Notes under the pieces: model-generated
The model's database searches: none
The model's input: the letters and a program-made list of their open reading frames with translations, nothing else
Told to the model about the DNA's origin: nothing
Position numbers and translations under genes: made by a program
Part shown: one piece after another, positions 55,185-64,000 of the stretch
Position numbering within the stretch: the first letter of the stretch is position 1
Layout of the letters: every line of letters starts with the position of its first letter
Source: Xanthobacteraceae bacterium
Lineage (GTDB): Bacteria > Pseudomonadota > Alphaproteobacteria > Rhizobiales > Xanthobacteraceae
Length of the DNA stretch: 64,000 nt
NCBI GenBank assembly: GCA_049286035.1
Contig: JBAQBC010000118.1
Span: 5,028-69,027 of the forward strand
Direction: 5' to 3'

Positions 55185-57485
55185 TCATTGTGGTTCGATC
55201 AAACAGTCAAGTGTGATCGGGAATTTGCGTACGCGAATGCCCGTCGCGTGCCAGATGGCATTGGCGACCGCGCCAGCCGTGCCGGTGATGCCCATCTCGC
55301 CCACGCCTTTGATGCCGAGGGCGTTGACATGCGGATCGTGTTCGTCGACCAAAATTGCTTCGACCGACGGCACATCGGCGTTCACGGGAATACGGTATTC
55401 GGCCAAATTGGCATTCATGGCGCGGCCGCAGTGCCGATCCATAATGGCCTGCTCATGGAGCGCAAACGACACGCCCCAGATCATTCCGCCGTAGAACTGG
55501 CTCTGCACCATGCGCGGATTGATGATGCGTCCGGCGGCGAAGGCGCCGACCAGCCGGGTCACGCGCGTTTGCCCGAGATCGGGATCGACCTTGACCTCGG
55601 CGAACACCGCGCCATGCGCGTGCATGGCATAGTCCGATTTGGCGTGCGCCTCCATGGGATTCGCGGCGCCGCTTGTGCCACGGCCTTCGATCTGGTCGAG
55701 CCCGGCCCGGCCGAGAATATCAGCATAGCTTTCGCTGCGGCTCGTGTCGTCCCGACGGATCAGGCGGCCGCCGCGAGCGATCACGCCCGTGTTGCCGGCG
55801 CCGTAGAGCGGCGAGCGTTGATCGTTGGTCGCGAGATCGGCAAGTCGAGTGATCACATTGGCGCCGGCATCGTAGATGGCCATGCCCGCGGTCGCGGTGT
55901 GAGACGAACCGCCGGCAATACCCGCATCGGGCAGATCGGAATTGCCGGAGCGGAATTCGAGCTGATCGAGGTCGAGCCCGAGCCCGTCGGCTGCGATCTG
56001 TGCCAGCGCTGTCCAGGCGCCCTGCCCCATATCGTGCGCCCCGATCTCCATGACCCCGCTGCCGTCGCGGCGCAGCACCGCCTTGGCCTGCGCCGCAAAC
56101 ATGAACGCCGGAAATGTCGCCGTCCCCATGCCCCAGCCGACGAGTAGCCCGTCACGATCGCGCATTTGCCGTGGCGCCAGCGGACGGCGCTCCCAGCCGA
56201 ACCGCTCTGCGCCTTGCCGGTAGCATTCGCGCAAGGCTTTTGAGGAGAACGGCTTGCCGGAGATCGGCTCGACCTCGGCATAGTTCTTAAGCCGGAAGGC
56301 CAGAGGGTCCATGCCCCAGACTTGTGCCATTTCGTCGATGGCGCTTTCGAGCGCGATCGAGCCTGACGCCTCGCCGGGCGCGCGCATGAACAGTGGCGTG
56401 CCGACATCGGCCCGCACGGCTTCATACGAGGTCGCGATGGCGGTGCTCGCATAAAGCGTGTGCGAAATATCGGAAGCCGGCTCGAAGAAATCATCGAAAG
56501 TGCTCGAGACCGTCTTGGTGTGATGATCGAGCGCGACCAGCGCCCCGTCACCGTCGGCGCCGAGGCGCAAGGTCTGCCGCGTCGGCCCGCGGTGGCCGAC
56601 TGGACCGAACATCTGCTCGCGGGGCAGCACAAGCTTGACCGGCCGGCCTACGACGCGGGCGGCGATGGCGCCGAGAACCTGCGGTCCAGACATCAAGCCT
56701 TTGCAGCCGAAGCCCCCGCCGAGAAATGGACTGCGAATATGAATCTTGTCCGGCGCTAATCCGAACAGTCCGGCGAGACGCAGTTTCGCCATCGCGAGAC
56801 CTTGGCTCGGCGTGTCAATAGAGAGCGTGTCGCCCTCCCATGCGGCGACAATCGCGTGCGGCTCCATGGGATTGTGATATTGCGCCGGAGTCTCGTAGGT
56901 CTCAGTTATCGTCTTTCTCGCGGTAGCAAGCTCGGCTTCAACATCGCCGCGATGCGCTTGCGCCGGAAAGCCAGGACCGACGACCGCTGGCAGAAAGCTC
57001 TCAGTCGCATCGAGACCGACGCGCGCCGGTTCGATCTGGTAGCGTGGCGCGAGCAGGCTTACGCCTTCAGTGGCGGTTTCGAGCGTTTCCGCGATCACCA
57101 CCGCGATAGGCTGACCAGCATAGCGGACCCGATCACTTTGCAAAAGATCGAGCCGAAAAGTTATGGGATCTGGTTTCTCGTCAGGATCCTGCGCCAGCGG
57201 CGGCCTGTTCGCCGGCGTGATTACTTCGACTACACCCGGATGGGCTTTCGCCGCCGCGACATCCAGAAAGGCGACGCGGCCGCGCGCGATGCTCGACACG
57301 GCGAGCACTGCATAAAGCATGCCGGGCGGATGATGGTCGGCGGCATATCGAGCGGCGCCCGTCACTTTGAGCATGCCATCGCGTCGAGTGAGCGGCTGAC
57401 CGATATTCGAGCCGTGGCGGACATGAGCAGGCGTTTGTGTGGACGCGATATCAGGCATGAGCGGCAGCTCCGGGACCGGGGGCAA
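55185..57485 (-). CDS. xanthine dehydrogenase/aldehyde oxidase-family molybdopterin-binding subunit
   Basis: 766 aa. Large-subunit pattern (GQPLTRRDGMLKVTGAARYAAD, GGGFGCKG, GVGEMGITGTAGAVANAI). Alternative start at ATG 57458. Confidence 0.88.
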   Translation of the reverse strand: MPPVPELPLMPDIASTQTPAHVRHGSNIGQPLTRRDGMLKVTGAARYAADHHPPGMLYAVLAVSSIARGRVAFLDVAAAKAHPGVVEVITPANRPPLAQDPDEKPDPITFRLDLLQSDRVRYAGQPIAVVIAETLETATEGVSLLAPRYQIEPARVGLDATESFLPAVVGPGFPAQAHRGDVEAELATARKTITETYETPAQYHNPMEPHAIVAAWEGDTLSIDTPSQGLAMAKLRLAGLFGLAPDKIHIRSPFLGGGFGCKGLMSGPQVLGAIAARVVGRPVKLVLPREQMFGPVGHRGPTRQTLRLGADGDGALVALDHHTKTVSSTFDDFFEPASDISHTLYASTAIATSYEAVRADVGTPLFMRAPGEASGSIALESAIDEMAQVWGMDPLAFRLKNYAEVEPISGKPFSSKALRECYRQGAERFGWERRPLAPRQMRDRDGLLVGWGMGTATFPAFMFAAQAKAVLRRDGSGVMEIGAHDMGQGAWTALAQIAADGLGLDLDQLEFRSGNSDLPDAGIAGGSSHTATAGMAIYDAGANVITRLADLATNDQRSPLYGAGNTGVIARGGRLIRRDDTSRSESYADILGRAGLDQIEGRGTSGAANPMEAHAKSDYAMHAHGAVFAEVKVDPDLGQTRVTRLVGAFAAGRIINPRMVQSQFYGGMIWGVSFALHEQAIMDRHCGRAMNANLAEYRIPVNADVPSVEAILVDEHDPHVNALGIKGVGEMGITGTAGAVANAIWHATGIRVRKFPITLDCLIEPQ

Positions 57486-58509
57486 AGAGTGAGCCGGGTA
57501 GCACGGGCATCTGCTCCGGCGTTCCGGCGGCGGCGAGCGTTAGCACCCTCGCGACGACGCGCCGCGCGAGCTCGATCTTATAAGCGTTGTCGCCGGAAGG
57601 TTTTGCGTCGGCGAGCGCAGCCTCGGCCGCGCGACGAAACACCGATGCGTGGGCTCGCGCACCGATCAAAATCTGTTCCGCTTCCCGCGCTCGCCACGGC
57701 TTTGGAGCCACGCCGCCGAGCGCGATACGCGCCTGTGCAATAACGCCCGCCTCGACGCGCAAAGCGGCCGCCGCCGAGACGATGGCGAAGGCATAGGACG
57801 TCCGGTCGCGAAGTTTAAGATAGCGGGCATGGGTGGCAAAAAGCGTGGCCTCGGCGGGCAGACGCACTGCAACGATCATCTCGCCGGGCTCAAGTACAGA
57901 CTCACGGTCAGGCCTATCGCCCGGCAGGCAGTGGAGCATTTCAAGTGGAATCTTCCGCCGCCCCGCTCTGCCCTCGATCTCGACGACCGCATCGAGCGCG
58001 ACGAGTGCGACACAGAAATCGGACGGATGCGTCGCGATGCAGCTCGTGCTCCAACCCAATATCGCGTGATGCCTATTGTCGCCGCCGCGGGCGTCGCAGC
58101 CGGAGCCGGGAATGCGTTTGTTACAGGCGCTCGCCGGATCATAGAAATAGGCGCATCGCGTGCGTTGCAGGAGATTGCCGCCGACTGTCGCCGCATTGCG
58201 AAGCTGCGCCGAGGCTCCGGACAAAAGCGCTTCGGCCACGGCCGGAAAGCGCCGGGCGAAATTACGATCGTGGGCAAGGTCGGCATTGCGGACCAGCGCG
58301 CCGATGCGCGCGCTACCATCAGCAAGGTCTTCGATCCGGTCGAGGCCGGGAAGATGTGTGATATCGACGAGCCGATCGGGCTTCGTCACGCCTCCCTTCA
58401 TCAGATCGAGAAGGTTCGTGCCGGCCGCGAGATAGGCGGCGCCGGGTTCGCTCGCGGCTGATACGGCGTCGCGAAGCGTTGTCGGTCTCACGTAATCAAA
58501 GCTTTTCAT
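57451..58509 (-). CDS. molybdo-hydroxylase FAD-binding (medium) subunit
   Basis: ATG 58509 overlaps the small-subunit stop (ATGA). MKSFDYVRPTTLRDAV...AGGTNLLDLMK is the CoxM/XdhB-type FAD domain. Confidence 0.85.
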   Translation of the reverse strand: MKSFDYVRPTTLRDAVSAASEPGAAYLAAGTNLLDLMKGGVTKPDRLVDITHLPGLDRIEDLADGSARIGALVRNADLAHDRNFARRFPAVAEALLSGASAQLRNAATVGGNLLQRTRCAYFYDPASACNKRIPGSGCDARGGDNRHHAILGWSTSCIATHPSDFCVALVALDAVVEIEGRAGRRKIPLEMLHCLPGDRPDRESVLEPGEMIVAVRLPAEATLFATHARYLKLRDRTSYAFAIVSAAAALRVEAGVIAQARIALGGVAPKPWRAREAEQILIGARAHASVFRRAAEAALADAKPSGDNAYKIELARRVVARVLTLAAAGTPEQMPVLPGSLFAPGPGAAAHA

Positions 58510-59003
58510 GCGACCTCCTTGCGGCTTGCCGCATTGAGCGTTTTTTGCGCTTCCAGTACCGCTTCGGTGATTCCCCGATAAGCGCCGCAGCGACAGAGAT
58601 TGCCGCTCATGCCCTCGCGGACCCGCTCGGGGTCGTCGCCCGCTTGGCCCTCCTGGATCAGAGCGATGGCGCTCATGATCTGGCCCGGGGTGCAGAAGCC
58701 GCATTGAAGGCCGTCATGCGCGATAAAGGCCTCTTGCACTGGGTGGAGCCGGTCGCCGTGCGCCACGCCTTCGATCGTCAGGACATCAGCGCCATCGTGG
58801 CTGACCGCGAGCGCGAGGCAGGAATTGATCCGGCGTCCGTCGACGATGACCGTGCAGGCGCCGCACTGGCCACGGTCGCAGCCTTTCTTTGTCCCCGTCA
58901 AATCCAGCCGTTCGCGAAGAAGGTCGAGGAGCGTAACTCGTGGATCGTCGAGTTCGATGGTTCTCTTGACACCGTTGATGGTCAGCGTGGTTGAATAGCC
59001 CAT
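58506..59003 (-). CDS. molybdo-hydroxylase (2Fe-2S)-binding small subunit
   Basis: ATG 59003 with a GGAG SD. Cys motifs GCDRGQCGACTV and QCGFCTPG...CRCGAY. Confidence 0.9.
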   Translation of the reverse strand: MGYSTTLTINGVKRTIELDDPRVTLLDLLRERLDLTGTKKGCDRGQCGACTVIVDGRRINSCLALAVSHDGADVLTIEGVAHGDRLHPVQEAFIAHDGLQCGFCTPGQIMSAIALIQEGQAGDDPERVREGMSGNLCRCGAYRGITEAVLEAQKTLNAASRKEVA

Positions 59004-59135
59004 ACAGTGCTCCATTTGAGCGATGGGTGAGCAATGTCCGTCCGTCGACGGCATTTGCGACCGTAGGAGATTTCGGCAAACTCGCCGTGAGGCCTTCTCC
59101 CCGATCTGTGGCCGCGCTACGCATGAAAATGCTAT

Positions 59136-59849
59136 GTGTCAGCGCTGCCGACCGTTAAATACGGAGGCATCCTCCGCTTTTCAAGAAGCGCCTTGGACAA
59201 AAAGACGTGGGATAAAAAGCCGTTGGATAAAAAGACGTTAGGCAAAAAAGCCTCACGAAAGCCACGGACTGACGCGCTTCGGAACCGCGACCGTGTGATC
59301 GAGGCTGCAAGAAGAGTATTCAGCGCCGGTGGACCGGAGGCTAGCCTCGAGGCGGTCGCAAAGACGGCAGGCGTCGGTATCGGCACTCTTTACCGCCATT
59401 TCCCAACGCGCGAGGCCCTGTTCGAGGCCGTCTACCGGCGCCAGGTCCAGCAACTTGCCGATCTTGCCAAACGATTGGAGGAAGAGGCGGCGCCGACCGA
59501 GGCGCTACGTCAGTGGATGCGCTCATTCGTCAAATTCGTTGCTACAAAAAAAGGCATGTCGACGGCGCTCGCGTTTGCGGTCGCCAAGGATTCAGACCTT
59601 TTCTCTTATTCATCCGACCTTTTGACGCGAGCTGTTGCCGAGCTCCTGAGGCGAGCGGGCGCTGCAGATGAAATCCGTAACGATATTAGCCCCCAAGATC
59701 TGCTGCGTGCCCTGGTCGGCATGTGCTACACGCACGACCAGCCGGGATGGCAAAAGAACGTACTTCGGCTTGTCGACGTTTTTGTTGATGGGCTGCGCAA
59801 TCGACGCGGCAAACGCCGAAGATCACATCAACACCGGCCGCTAGACTAA
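59136..59849 (+). CDS. TetR-family transcriptional regulator (start uncertain)
   Basis: HTH region RTDALRNRDRVIEAARRVFSAGGPEASLEAVAKTAGVGIGTLYRHFPTREAL. The ORF opens at GTG 59136. TTG 59223 is an alternative start. Confidence 0.8.
   Translation: MSALPTVKYGGILRFSRSALDKKTWDKKPLDKKTLGKKASRKPRTDALRNRDRVIEAARRVFSAGGPEASLEAVAKTAGVGIGTLYRHFPTREALFEAVYRRQVQQLADLAKRLEEEAAPTEALRQWMRSFVKFVATKKGMSTALAFAVAKDSDLFSYSSDLLTRAVAELLRRAGAADEIRNDISPQDLLRALVGMCYTHDQPGWQKNVLRLVDVFVDGLRNRRGKRRRSHQHRPLD
59193..59252. repeat. 15-nt tandem direct repeat x4 in the TetR 5' region
   Basis: TTGGACAAAAAGACG TGGGATAAAAAGCCG TTGGATAAAAAGACG TTAGGCAAAAAAGCC. Confidence 0.8.
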
Positions 59850-60736
59850 TTCGCTTTTGACGCTTCGCGAACGAAATTGATGATGCCGGAGAAATCGCTC
59901 GCGCTGTGGCCCGCCGCCGCGTAGCGCTCGTAGATTTCCGCGGCATGTGCGCCGATCGCGGTATTGGCGTGGGCCGCCCTTGCGGCTTCTCGCGCGAGCT
60001 TGAGATCCTTCAGCATCAAGGCTGCAGCGAAGCCGGGCTTGTAGCCATTATTGGCCGGGCTCGCCGGAACCGGACCGGGCACCGGACAGTAGCTCGTCAG
60101 CGACCAGCACTGGCCTGAGCTCGCCGAAGCAACGTCGAACAGCGCCTGGTGCGACAGGCCAAGCTTTTCACCGAGGACGAAGGCTTCGCTGACCGCGATC
60201 ATCGAGGCGCCTAGGATCATATTGTTGCAGATTTTTGCGGCCTGACCGTTGCCCGCGTCGCCGCAATGCACGACGCGTTTGCCCATGCGCTCCAAAATCG
60301 GTTTGCCGCGCCCAAAGGCTTCCGCCGCGCCGCCGACCATGAAGGTGAGCGTCGCGGCCTTGGCGCCGGCGACGCCGCCGGAGACCGGCGCATCGAGCGC
60401 GGCAATGCCGCGCTCGGCGGCGAGTGCATGTGCAGCGCGCGCGCTGGTCACGTCAATGGTCGAGCAATCGATGAACAGCGCGCCGCGTTTCGCCGCTGGC
60501 AAGATCTCGGCCCAGACCGCGCGCACATGTTCGCCCGCCGGCAGCATGGTGATCACGATGTCGGCGGCTTCGACCGATGCCTTGGCGCTAGAGGCGATCT
60601 CGACACCCAGCCGCGCACAATCCTGCCGTGCCGCCACAACGACATCGAAGCCGAGGACATGGTCGCCTGATTTGACGAGATTGGCGGCCATCGGCGCGCC
60701 CATATTGCCAAGCCCGATGAATCCGATATTCGGCAT
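59846..60736 (-). CDS. mmsB: 3-hydroxyisobutyrate dehydrogenase
   Basis: 296 aa. MPNIGFIGLGNMGAPMA Rossmann N-terminus, and the MmsB-type GGVAGAKAATLTFMVGG and KDL motifs. Confidence 0.88.
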   Translation of the reverse strand: MPNIGFIGLGNMGAPMAANLVKSGDHVLGFDVVVAARQDCARLGVEIASSAKASVEAADIVITMLPAGEHVRAVWAEILPAAKRGALFIDCSTIDVTSARAAHALAAERGIAALDAPVSGGVAGAKAATLTFMVGGAAEAFGRGKPILERMGKRVVHCGDAGNGQAAKICNNMILGASMIAVSEAFVLGEKLGLSHQALFDVASASSGQCWSLTSYCPVPGPVPASPANNGYKPGFAAALMLKDLKLAREAARAAHANTAIGAHAAEIYERYAAAGHSASDFSGIINFVREASKAN

Positions 60737-60744
60737 AAAGGCTC

Positions 60745-61824
60745 CTATTCGAATGTCAGTTCCAGTTCGCCCACGGTCCGGAAATGCCGATCGACGATCT
60801 CGCGCGTCACCGCTTCGATCTTTTCAGGTCGCCAGCGCGGGTTGCGATCCTTATCGATGATGGCTGCGCGAATGCCTTCGATGAAGTCGTGCCCGGCAAT
60901 GCAAGCGAGCGCGATACGGTAGTCCTGCGCAAAACTCTGCTCAACCCGTTCGAATGTCGCCGCCGAGCGGATATTGCGCAGCGTCACTTTCAGCGAGGTC
61001 GGCGAGGCTTTGCCCATGACCTCGAGCGCGACCTGCGCGCCTTCGGCGCGGCATGCGCGCAGCCGCGCGATAATCTCCTCAAGCATGTCGCCGCCGTAGG
61101 AGGCGTCGATCCACTCGCGTTCGTTGGGCAATCGCGCGGGCGCGGGAGCGGCGGACAGCCGTTCGAGGCCGGTGCGGACTTCATCATGATTGCGGCAACT
61201 GGCGATCGCGGCGGGCAGCTTAGTCAAGCGCTCCGCGGGCACGTGAATATCGGCGAGTTTGCAGGACAGCGCGTCGGCAGCGCCGAGGCGCTGACCGGTC
61301 AAGGCGAGATAGGTCCCGATGTGACCCGGAGCTCGCGCCAGTAAGAAAGAGGCGCCCACATCCGGAAAGAAGCCAATGCCGACTTCCGGCATGGCAACGG
61401 CCGAGCGCTCGGTAACCACGCGATGCGCGGCATGCGCTGCAAGCCCGACGCCGCCGCCCATCACCAAGCCGTCCATCACTACGATGACCGGCTTGGCATA
61501 GCGCGCGATCAGGACATTGAGCTTGTACTCGGTCGCCCAGAATCGCACCGGCAGCGAATCCGCAACGCCCGTCGGCTTGCTCTGGGCGGCGTCGTAAAGC
61601 GCGCGGATGTCGCCGCCGGCGCAAAAGCCGCGGTCGCCGGCACCGTCGAGCAGCACCGCGCCGACTTTTGGGTCTGATTGCCAATCCAGCAGCAGCGCCG
61701 TCATGGCGATCGCCATGTCGAGCGTGATCGCGTTCAACGCTTGCGGCCGGTTCAGCGTGATTCGGCGCAGCGCGCCGTCGCTTCTTACGATCAGATCATC
61801 GTCGCGCAGAAGCGTTTCGTTCAT
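60745..61824 (-). CDS. enoyl-CoA hydratase/isomerase-family 3-hydroxyisobutyryl-CoA hydrolase
   Basis: ATG 61824 overlaps the upstream stop (ATGA). 359 aa. LNRPQALNAITLDM...GAGDRGFCAGGDIRAL, and the long C-terminal extension typical of HIBCH. Confidence 0.82.
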   Translation of the reverse strand: MNETLLRDDDLIVRSDGALRRITLNRPQALNAITLDMAIAMTALLLDWQSDPKVGAVLLDGAGDRGFCAGGDIRALYDAAQSKPTGVADSLPVRFWATEYKLNVLIARYAKPVIVVMDGLVMGGGVGLAAHAAHRVVTERSAVAMPEVGIGFFPDVGASFLLARAPGHIGTYLALTGQRLGAADALSCKLADIHVPAERLTKLPAAIASCRNHDEVRTGLERLSAAPAPARLPNEREWIDASYGGDMLEEIIARLRACRAEGAQVALEVMGKASPTSLKVTLRNIRSAATFERVEQSFAQDYRIALACIAGHDFIEGIRAAIIDKDRNPRWRPEKIEAVTREIVDRHFRTVGELELTFE

Positions 61825-62987
61825 CGGCCGACGAGGCTTCGTGCCACGATGAGGCGCATGATTTCGTTGGTGCCTTCGAGAATCTGGTGCACCCGCAAAT
61901 CTCGCACGATTTTTTCGATGCCGTATTCGGACAAGTAGCCATACCCGCCGTGCAATTGCAGCGCCTGATTGGCAATGTCGGAGCAAGCGTCGGTCACAAA
62001 GCGCTTGGCCATGGCTGAGAGCCGCGTGGCATTGACGTCCTTGCGATCGAGCGCGGCGGCGGCGTGCCACAACAATGCGCGCGAGGCTTCAAGCTCCGTC
62101 GCCATGTCGGCGAGGCGAAATTGCAGCGCCTGAAACTCGTCGAGACGCCGGCCGAAAGCCTTCCGGTTGCTCATATAGGCGAGTGTTTTGTCCAAAGCGG
62201 ATTGCGCGCCGCCGAGCGAGCAGGCGGCGATATTGAGCCGGCCGCCATCAAGGCCGGCCATCGCGATTCCAAAACCCGTCCCTTCTGCGCCGAGCCGGTT
62301 GGCCGCCGGCACGCTCACGTCCTCAAACAGTACCGCGCGGGTCGGCTGCGCGTTCCAGCCCATCTTGCGTTCGTTGGCGCCGAACGACAGGCCGGGCGCG
62401 TCGCCAGGTACGAGAAATGCAGAAATCCCGGACGGTCCTTCGCCGCCGGTACGCGCCATCACCAGGTAGAGGTCGCTCGCGCCGGCGCCGGAAATGAATT
62501 GCTTCTGGCCTTTGAGGATGTAGTTGTCCCCGTTCCGCGCGGCGCGCGTTGCTAAAGCGGCCGCGTCGGAGCCTGCGCCCGGCTCGCTCAGACAGTAGCT
62601 TGCCAGCAAGTCCATGGCGCACAATTTCGGCAGCCAGCGCCGCCGTTGCTCGTCCGAGCCGAACACGTCGATGAGCCCCGCCACCATGTTGTGGATGGAC
62701 ATGAAGGCCGCTGTCGTCGGGCAACCGGTCGCCAGCGCCTCGAAAATCAGCGTTCCGGTCAGACGCGACAGACCGGAGCCGCCGAGATCTCCGGCGACAA
62801 AAATTCCGCCCATTCCAAGCGCCGCGGCTTTGCGCATTTCGGCGACCGGAAAGTGCTTGGCCTCGTCCCAAGCGATCGCTTTGGGCGCGAATACTTCCGC
62901 GGCGAAGGCGCGCGCCACCTCCCGCACCGCGATCTGGTCAGCGTCGAGCGTAAATTGCGTCGAAGCGGTTGAAATCGAATCCAGCAT
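61821..62987 (-). CDS. acyl-CoA dehydrogenase (isobutyryl-CoA dehydrogenase-like)
   Basis: ATG 62987 with a GGAAGG SD. 388 aa. The ACAD motifs LSEPGAGSDAAAL and QLHGGYGYLSEYGIEKIVRDLRVHQILEGTNEIM. Confidence 0.88.
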   Translation of the reverse strand: MLDSISTASTQFTLDADQIAVREVARAFAAEVFAPKAIAWDEAKHFPVAEMRKAAALGMGGIFVAGDLGGSGLSRLTGTLIFEALATGCPTTAAFMSIHNMVAGLIDVFGSDEQRRRWLPKLCAMDLLASYCLSEPGAGSDAAALATRAARNGDNYILKGQKQFISGAGASDLYLVMARTGGEGPSGISAFLVPGDAPGLSFGANERKMGWNAQPTRAVLFEDVSVPAANRLGAEGTGFGIAMAGLDGGRLNIAACSLGGAQSALDKTLAYMSNRKAFGRRLDEFQALQFRLADMATELEASRALLWHAAAALDRKDVNATRLSAMAKRFVTDACSDIANQALQLHGGYGYLSEYGIEKIVRDLRVHQILEGTNEIMRLIVARSLVGR

Positions 62988-63080
62988 AACCCCGTGCCTT
63001 CCGCGACCGCGCGCCATTGTTGCATTGGCGTTTTGCGGCAGCAAATGGCGGGTTTGAGCCGTAGCGCCTGAGACTGGGCC

Positions 63081-63365
63081 TTAGTACTTATGCCTATGGC
63101 GCGGCGCCCGCCTTGCGTGCGGCGCACCATAAGGCGGTGCCGGCGAATAGTAAGGATTTATTTGGCAAAAGCCGCGATTGCCGGCGATCACGTTGGGCCG
63201 GCAGGCTTCGATCGATCCATATTCACAGTCCCATTCGACGTCGCCTGCGCCTATGTTCACGACCGCGCACCACGGCGCATTGCCGATATAGGCGGCATGA
63301 CCGGGTGAAATCGTAAAAATCAGTGCTGCCGCGGCGGCGGCGATCAAAAGCGGGATGCGGTTCAT
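63081..63365 (-). CDS. DUF3551-like small secreted Cys-rich protein
   Basis: Signal peptide MNRIPLLIAAAAAALIFTISPGHAA, then APWCAVVN.G.G.VEWDCEYGSIEACRPNVIAGNRGFCQINP. Confidence 0.7.
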   Translation of the reverse strand: MNRIPLLIAAAAAALIFTISPGHAAYIGNAPWCAVVNIGAGDVEWDCEYGSIEACRPNVIAGNRGFCQINPYYSPAPPYGAPHARRAPRHRHKY

Positions 63366-63418
63366 TGCAATTCCACCTCGCCACTCCCTTGGCTATAAAC
63401 TCCTTGCCGCGACGCCGG

Positions 63419-63453
63419 TTGCAGTCCGCTACCGGGCATTTGCCGGACTGCAA
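63419..63453. promoter_or_regulatory. 10-bp inverted repeat upstream of the terminal acyl-CoA dehydrogenase gene
   Basis: TTGCAGTCCG-N15-CGGACTGCAA, ending 20 nt before ATG 63474. Confidence 0.3.
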
Positions 63454-63473
63454 GGACCTGATCGGGGGGTAGT

Positions 63474-64000
63474 ATGGATTTTACACTGTCACCGGAAATC
63501 GAGGATTTGAGGCAGCGCACCCGCGCCTTCATCGAACAAGAAGTGCTGCCGCTTGAAGCCGATCCGCAAAACTTTTCCGAGCATGAAAACATTCCGCTCG
63601 CGCGGATCGCGCCGGTTCAAGACAAAGCCAGAAAGGCCGGTTTGTGGGCGCCGCAATCGCCGAAACAATTCGGCGGCATGGCGCTGCCGATCGTGGCCTG
63701 GACCGCCATTTACGAAGAGGCGGCACGCTCGCTATTCGGACCGCTGTCTATCAACTGCTCCGCGCCTGACGACGGCAACATGAATCTGTTGTCGCGCGCG
63801 GGCACGCCGGCGCAGCAAGAATGGTGGTTACGGCCAGTCGTCGAGGGCAAGGTAAAATCTTCCTTCGCCATGACCGAACCGGCGCCGGGCGGCGGCTCTG
63901 ACCCCAGCATGATCCGGACTCGCGCGGAAAAGAAAAACGGCAAATGGGTCATTCGCGGCCGCAAGTGGTTCATCACCGGGGCCGCCGACGCAGCGCATTT
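63474..64000 (+). CDS. acyl-CoA dehydrogenase, N-terminal part (continues beyond the window)
   Basis: It is not in the ORF track. ATG 63474 is followed by an open frame to the window end: MDFTLSPEIEDLRQRTRAFIEQEVLPLE...SFAMTEPAPGGGSDPSMI...KWFITGA. Confidence 0.8.
   Translation, partial: MDFTLSPEIEDLRQRTRAFIEQEVLPLEADPQNFSEHENIPLARIAPVQDKARKAGLWAPQSPKQFGGMALPIVAWTAIYEEAARSLFGPLSINCSAPDDGNMNLLSRAGTPAQQEWWLRPVVEGKVKSSFAMTEPAPGGGSDPSMIRTRAEKKNGKWVIRGRKWFITGAADAAH

Noticed and set aside
38816-59252. Whether any of the tandem repeats (12027, 38816, 59193) could be a CRISPR array.
   Set aside because: The units are contiguous with no spacers, only 12-15 nt long, and present in 3-4 copies. No cas genes are present. 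These are not CRISPR.
1-64000. Search for tRNA, rRNA, tmRNA, transposase, integrase, phage, toxin-antitoxin or known defence-system genes.
   Set aside because: I could recognise none by eye. No ORF has DDE, tyrosine-recombinase or serine-recombinase signatures. A tRNAscan/Infernal and defence-finder run would be needed to be certain.

Overview
High-GC alphaproteobacterial chromosome segment. The REP types and the gene content (DUF3551, DUF1236, Bug/TctC and PF04392-type orphan binding proteins) suggest Bradyrhizobiaceae/Nitrobacteraceae; this is inference only. About 60 protein genes. I saw no rRNA, tRNA, CRISPR array, transposase, integrase or prophage genes.

Modules in order:
- Glycosyltransferase 3' end.
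- AT-richer czcBA-type heavy-metal RND pump with a small His-rich periplasmic protein and a LysR regulator.
- MFS transporter, PRC-barrel protein and a glycogen-debranching-type glucosidase.
- Oxalate/C1 cluster: GntR, oxc, frc, a stand-alone 10-formyl-THF-dehydrogenase-N-terminal-like formyltransferase, and fhs.
- AT-richer stretch (19.3-22.6 kb) with an orphan binding protein, a single-Cys Asp/Glu-racemase-superfamily enzyme, and a coupled unknown + GIY-YIG nuclease cassette. Every junction carries a copy of one structured repeat family.
- Bug/TctC binding protein plus a cyclase.
- A decayed oxalate/formate-antiporter-family pseudogene.
- LysR regulator plus a two-subunit NAD-type formate dehydrogenase.
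- bioB, a DsbA-family protein, a GGT-family protein, dcp and a DapA-family protein.
- Ornithine decarboxylase behind a 450-nt structured leader (speF-type candidate).
- Zur-box-headed operon: His-rich sORF, znuC, znuB, COG0523 GTPase, WD40 protein and a small secreted protein.
- Sugar kinase plus TRAP-PQM transporter.
- Cobalt-type nitrile hydratase with a divergent orphan TRAP-QM pair.
- SDR oxidoreductase, a three-subunit molybdo-hydroxylase and a TetR regulator.
- Valine-catabolism genes (mmsB, 3-hydroxyisobutyryl-CoA hydrolase, acyl-CoA dehydrogenase).

No known defence system or mobile element is recognisable. The candidates most worth follow-up are:
- the repeat-bracketed unknown + GIY-YIG cassette;
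- the unusual oxalate/formyl-THF gene set, including a Lys/Ala-rich tail on Frc;
- the Zur operon with its unannotated His-rich sORF and WD40/secreted partners.

All calls come from reading the sequence and the translations. No database search was run.
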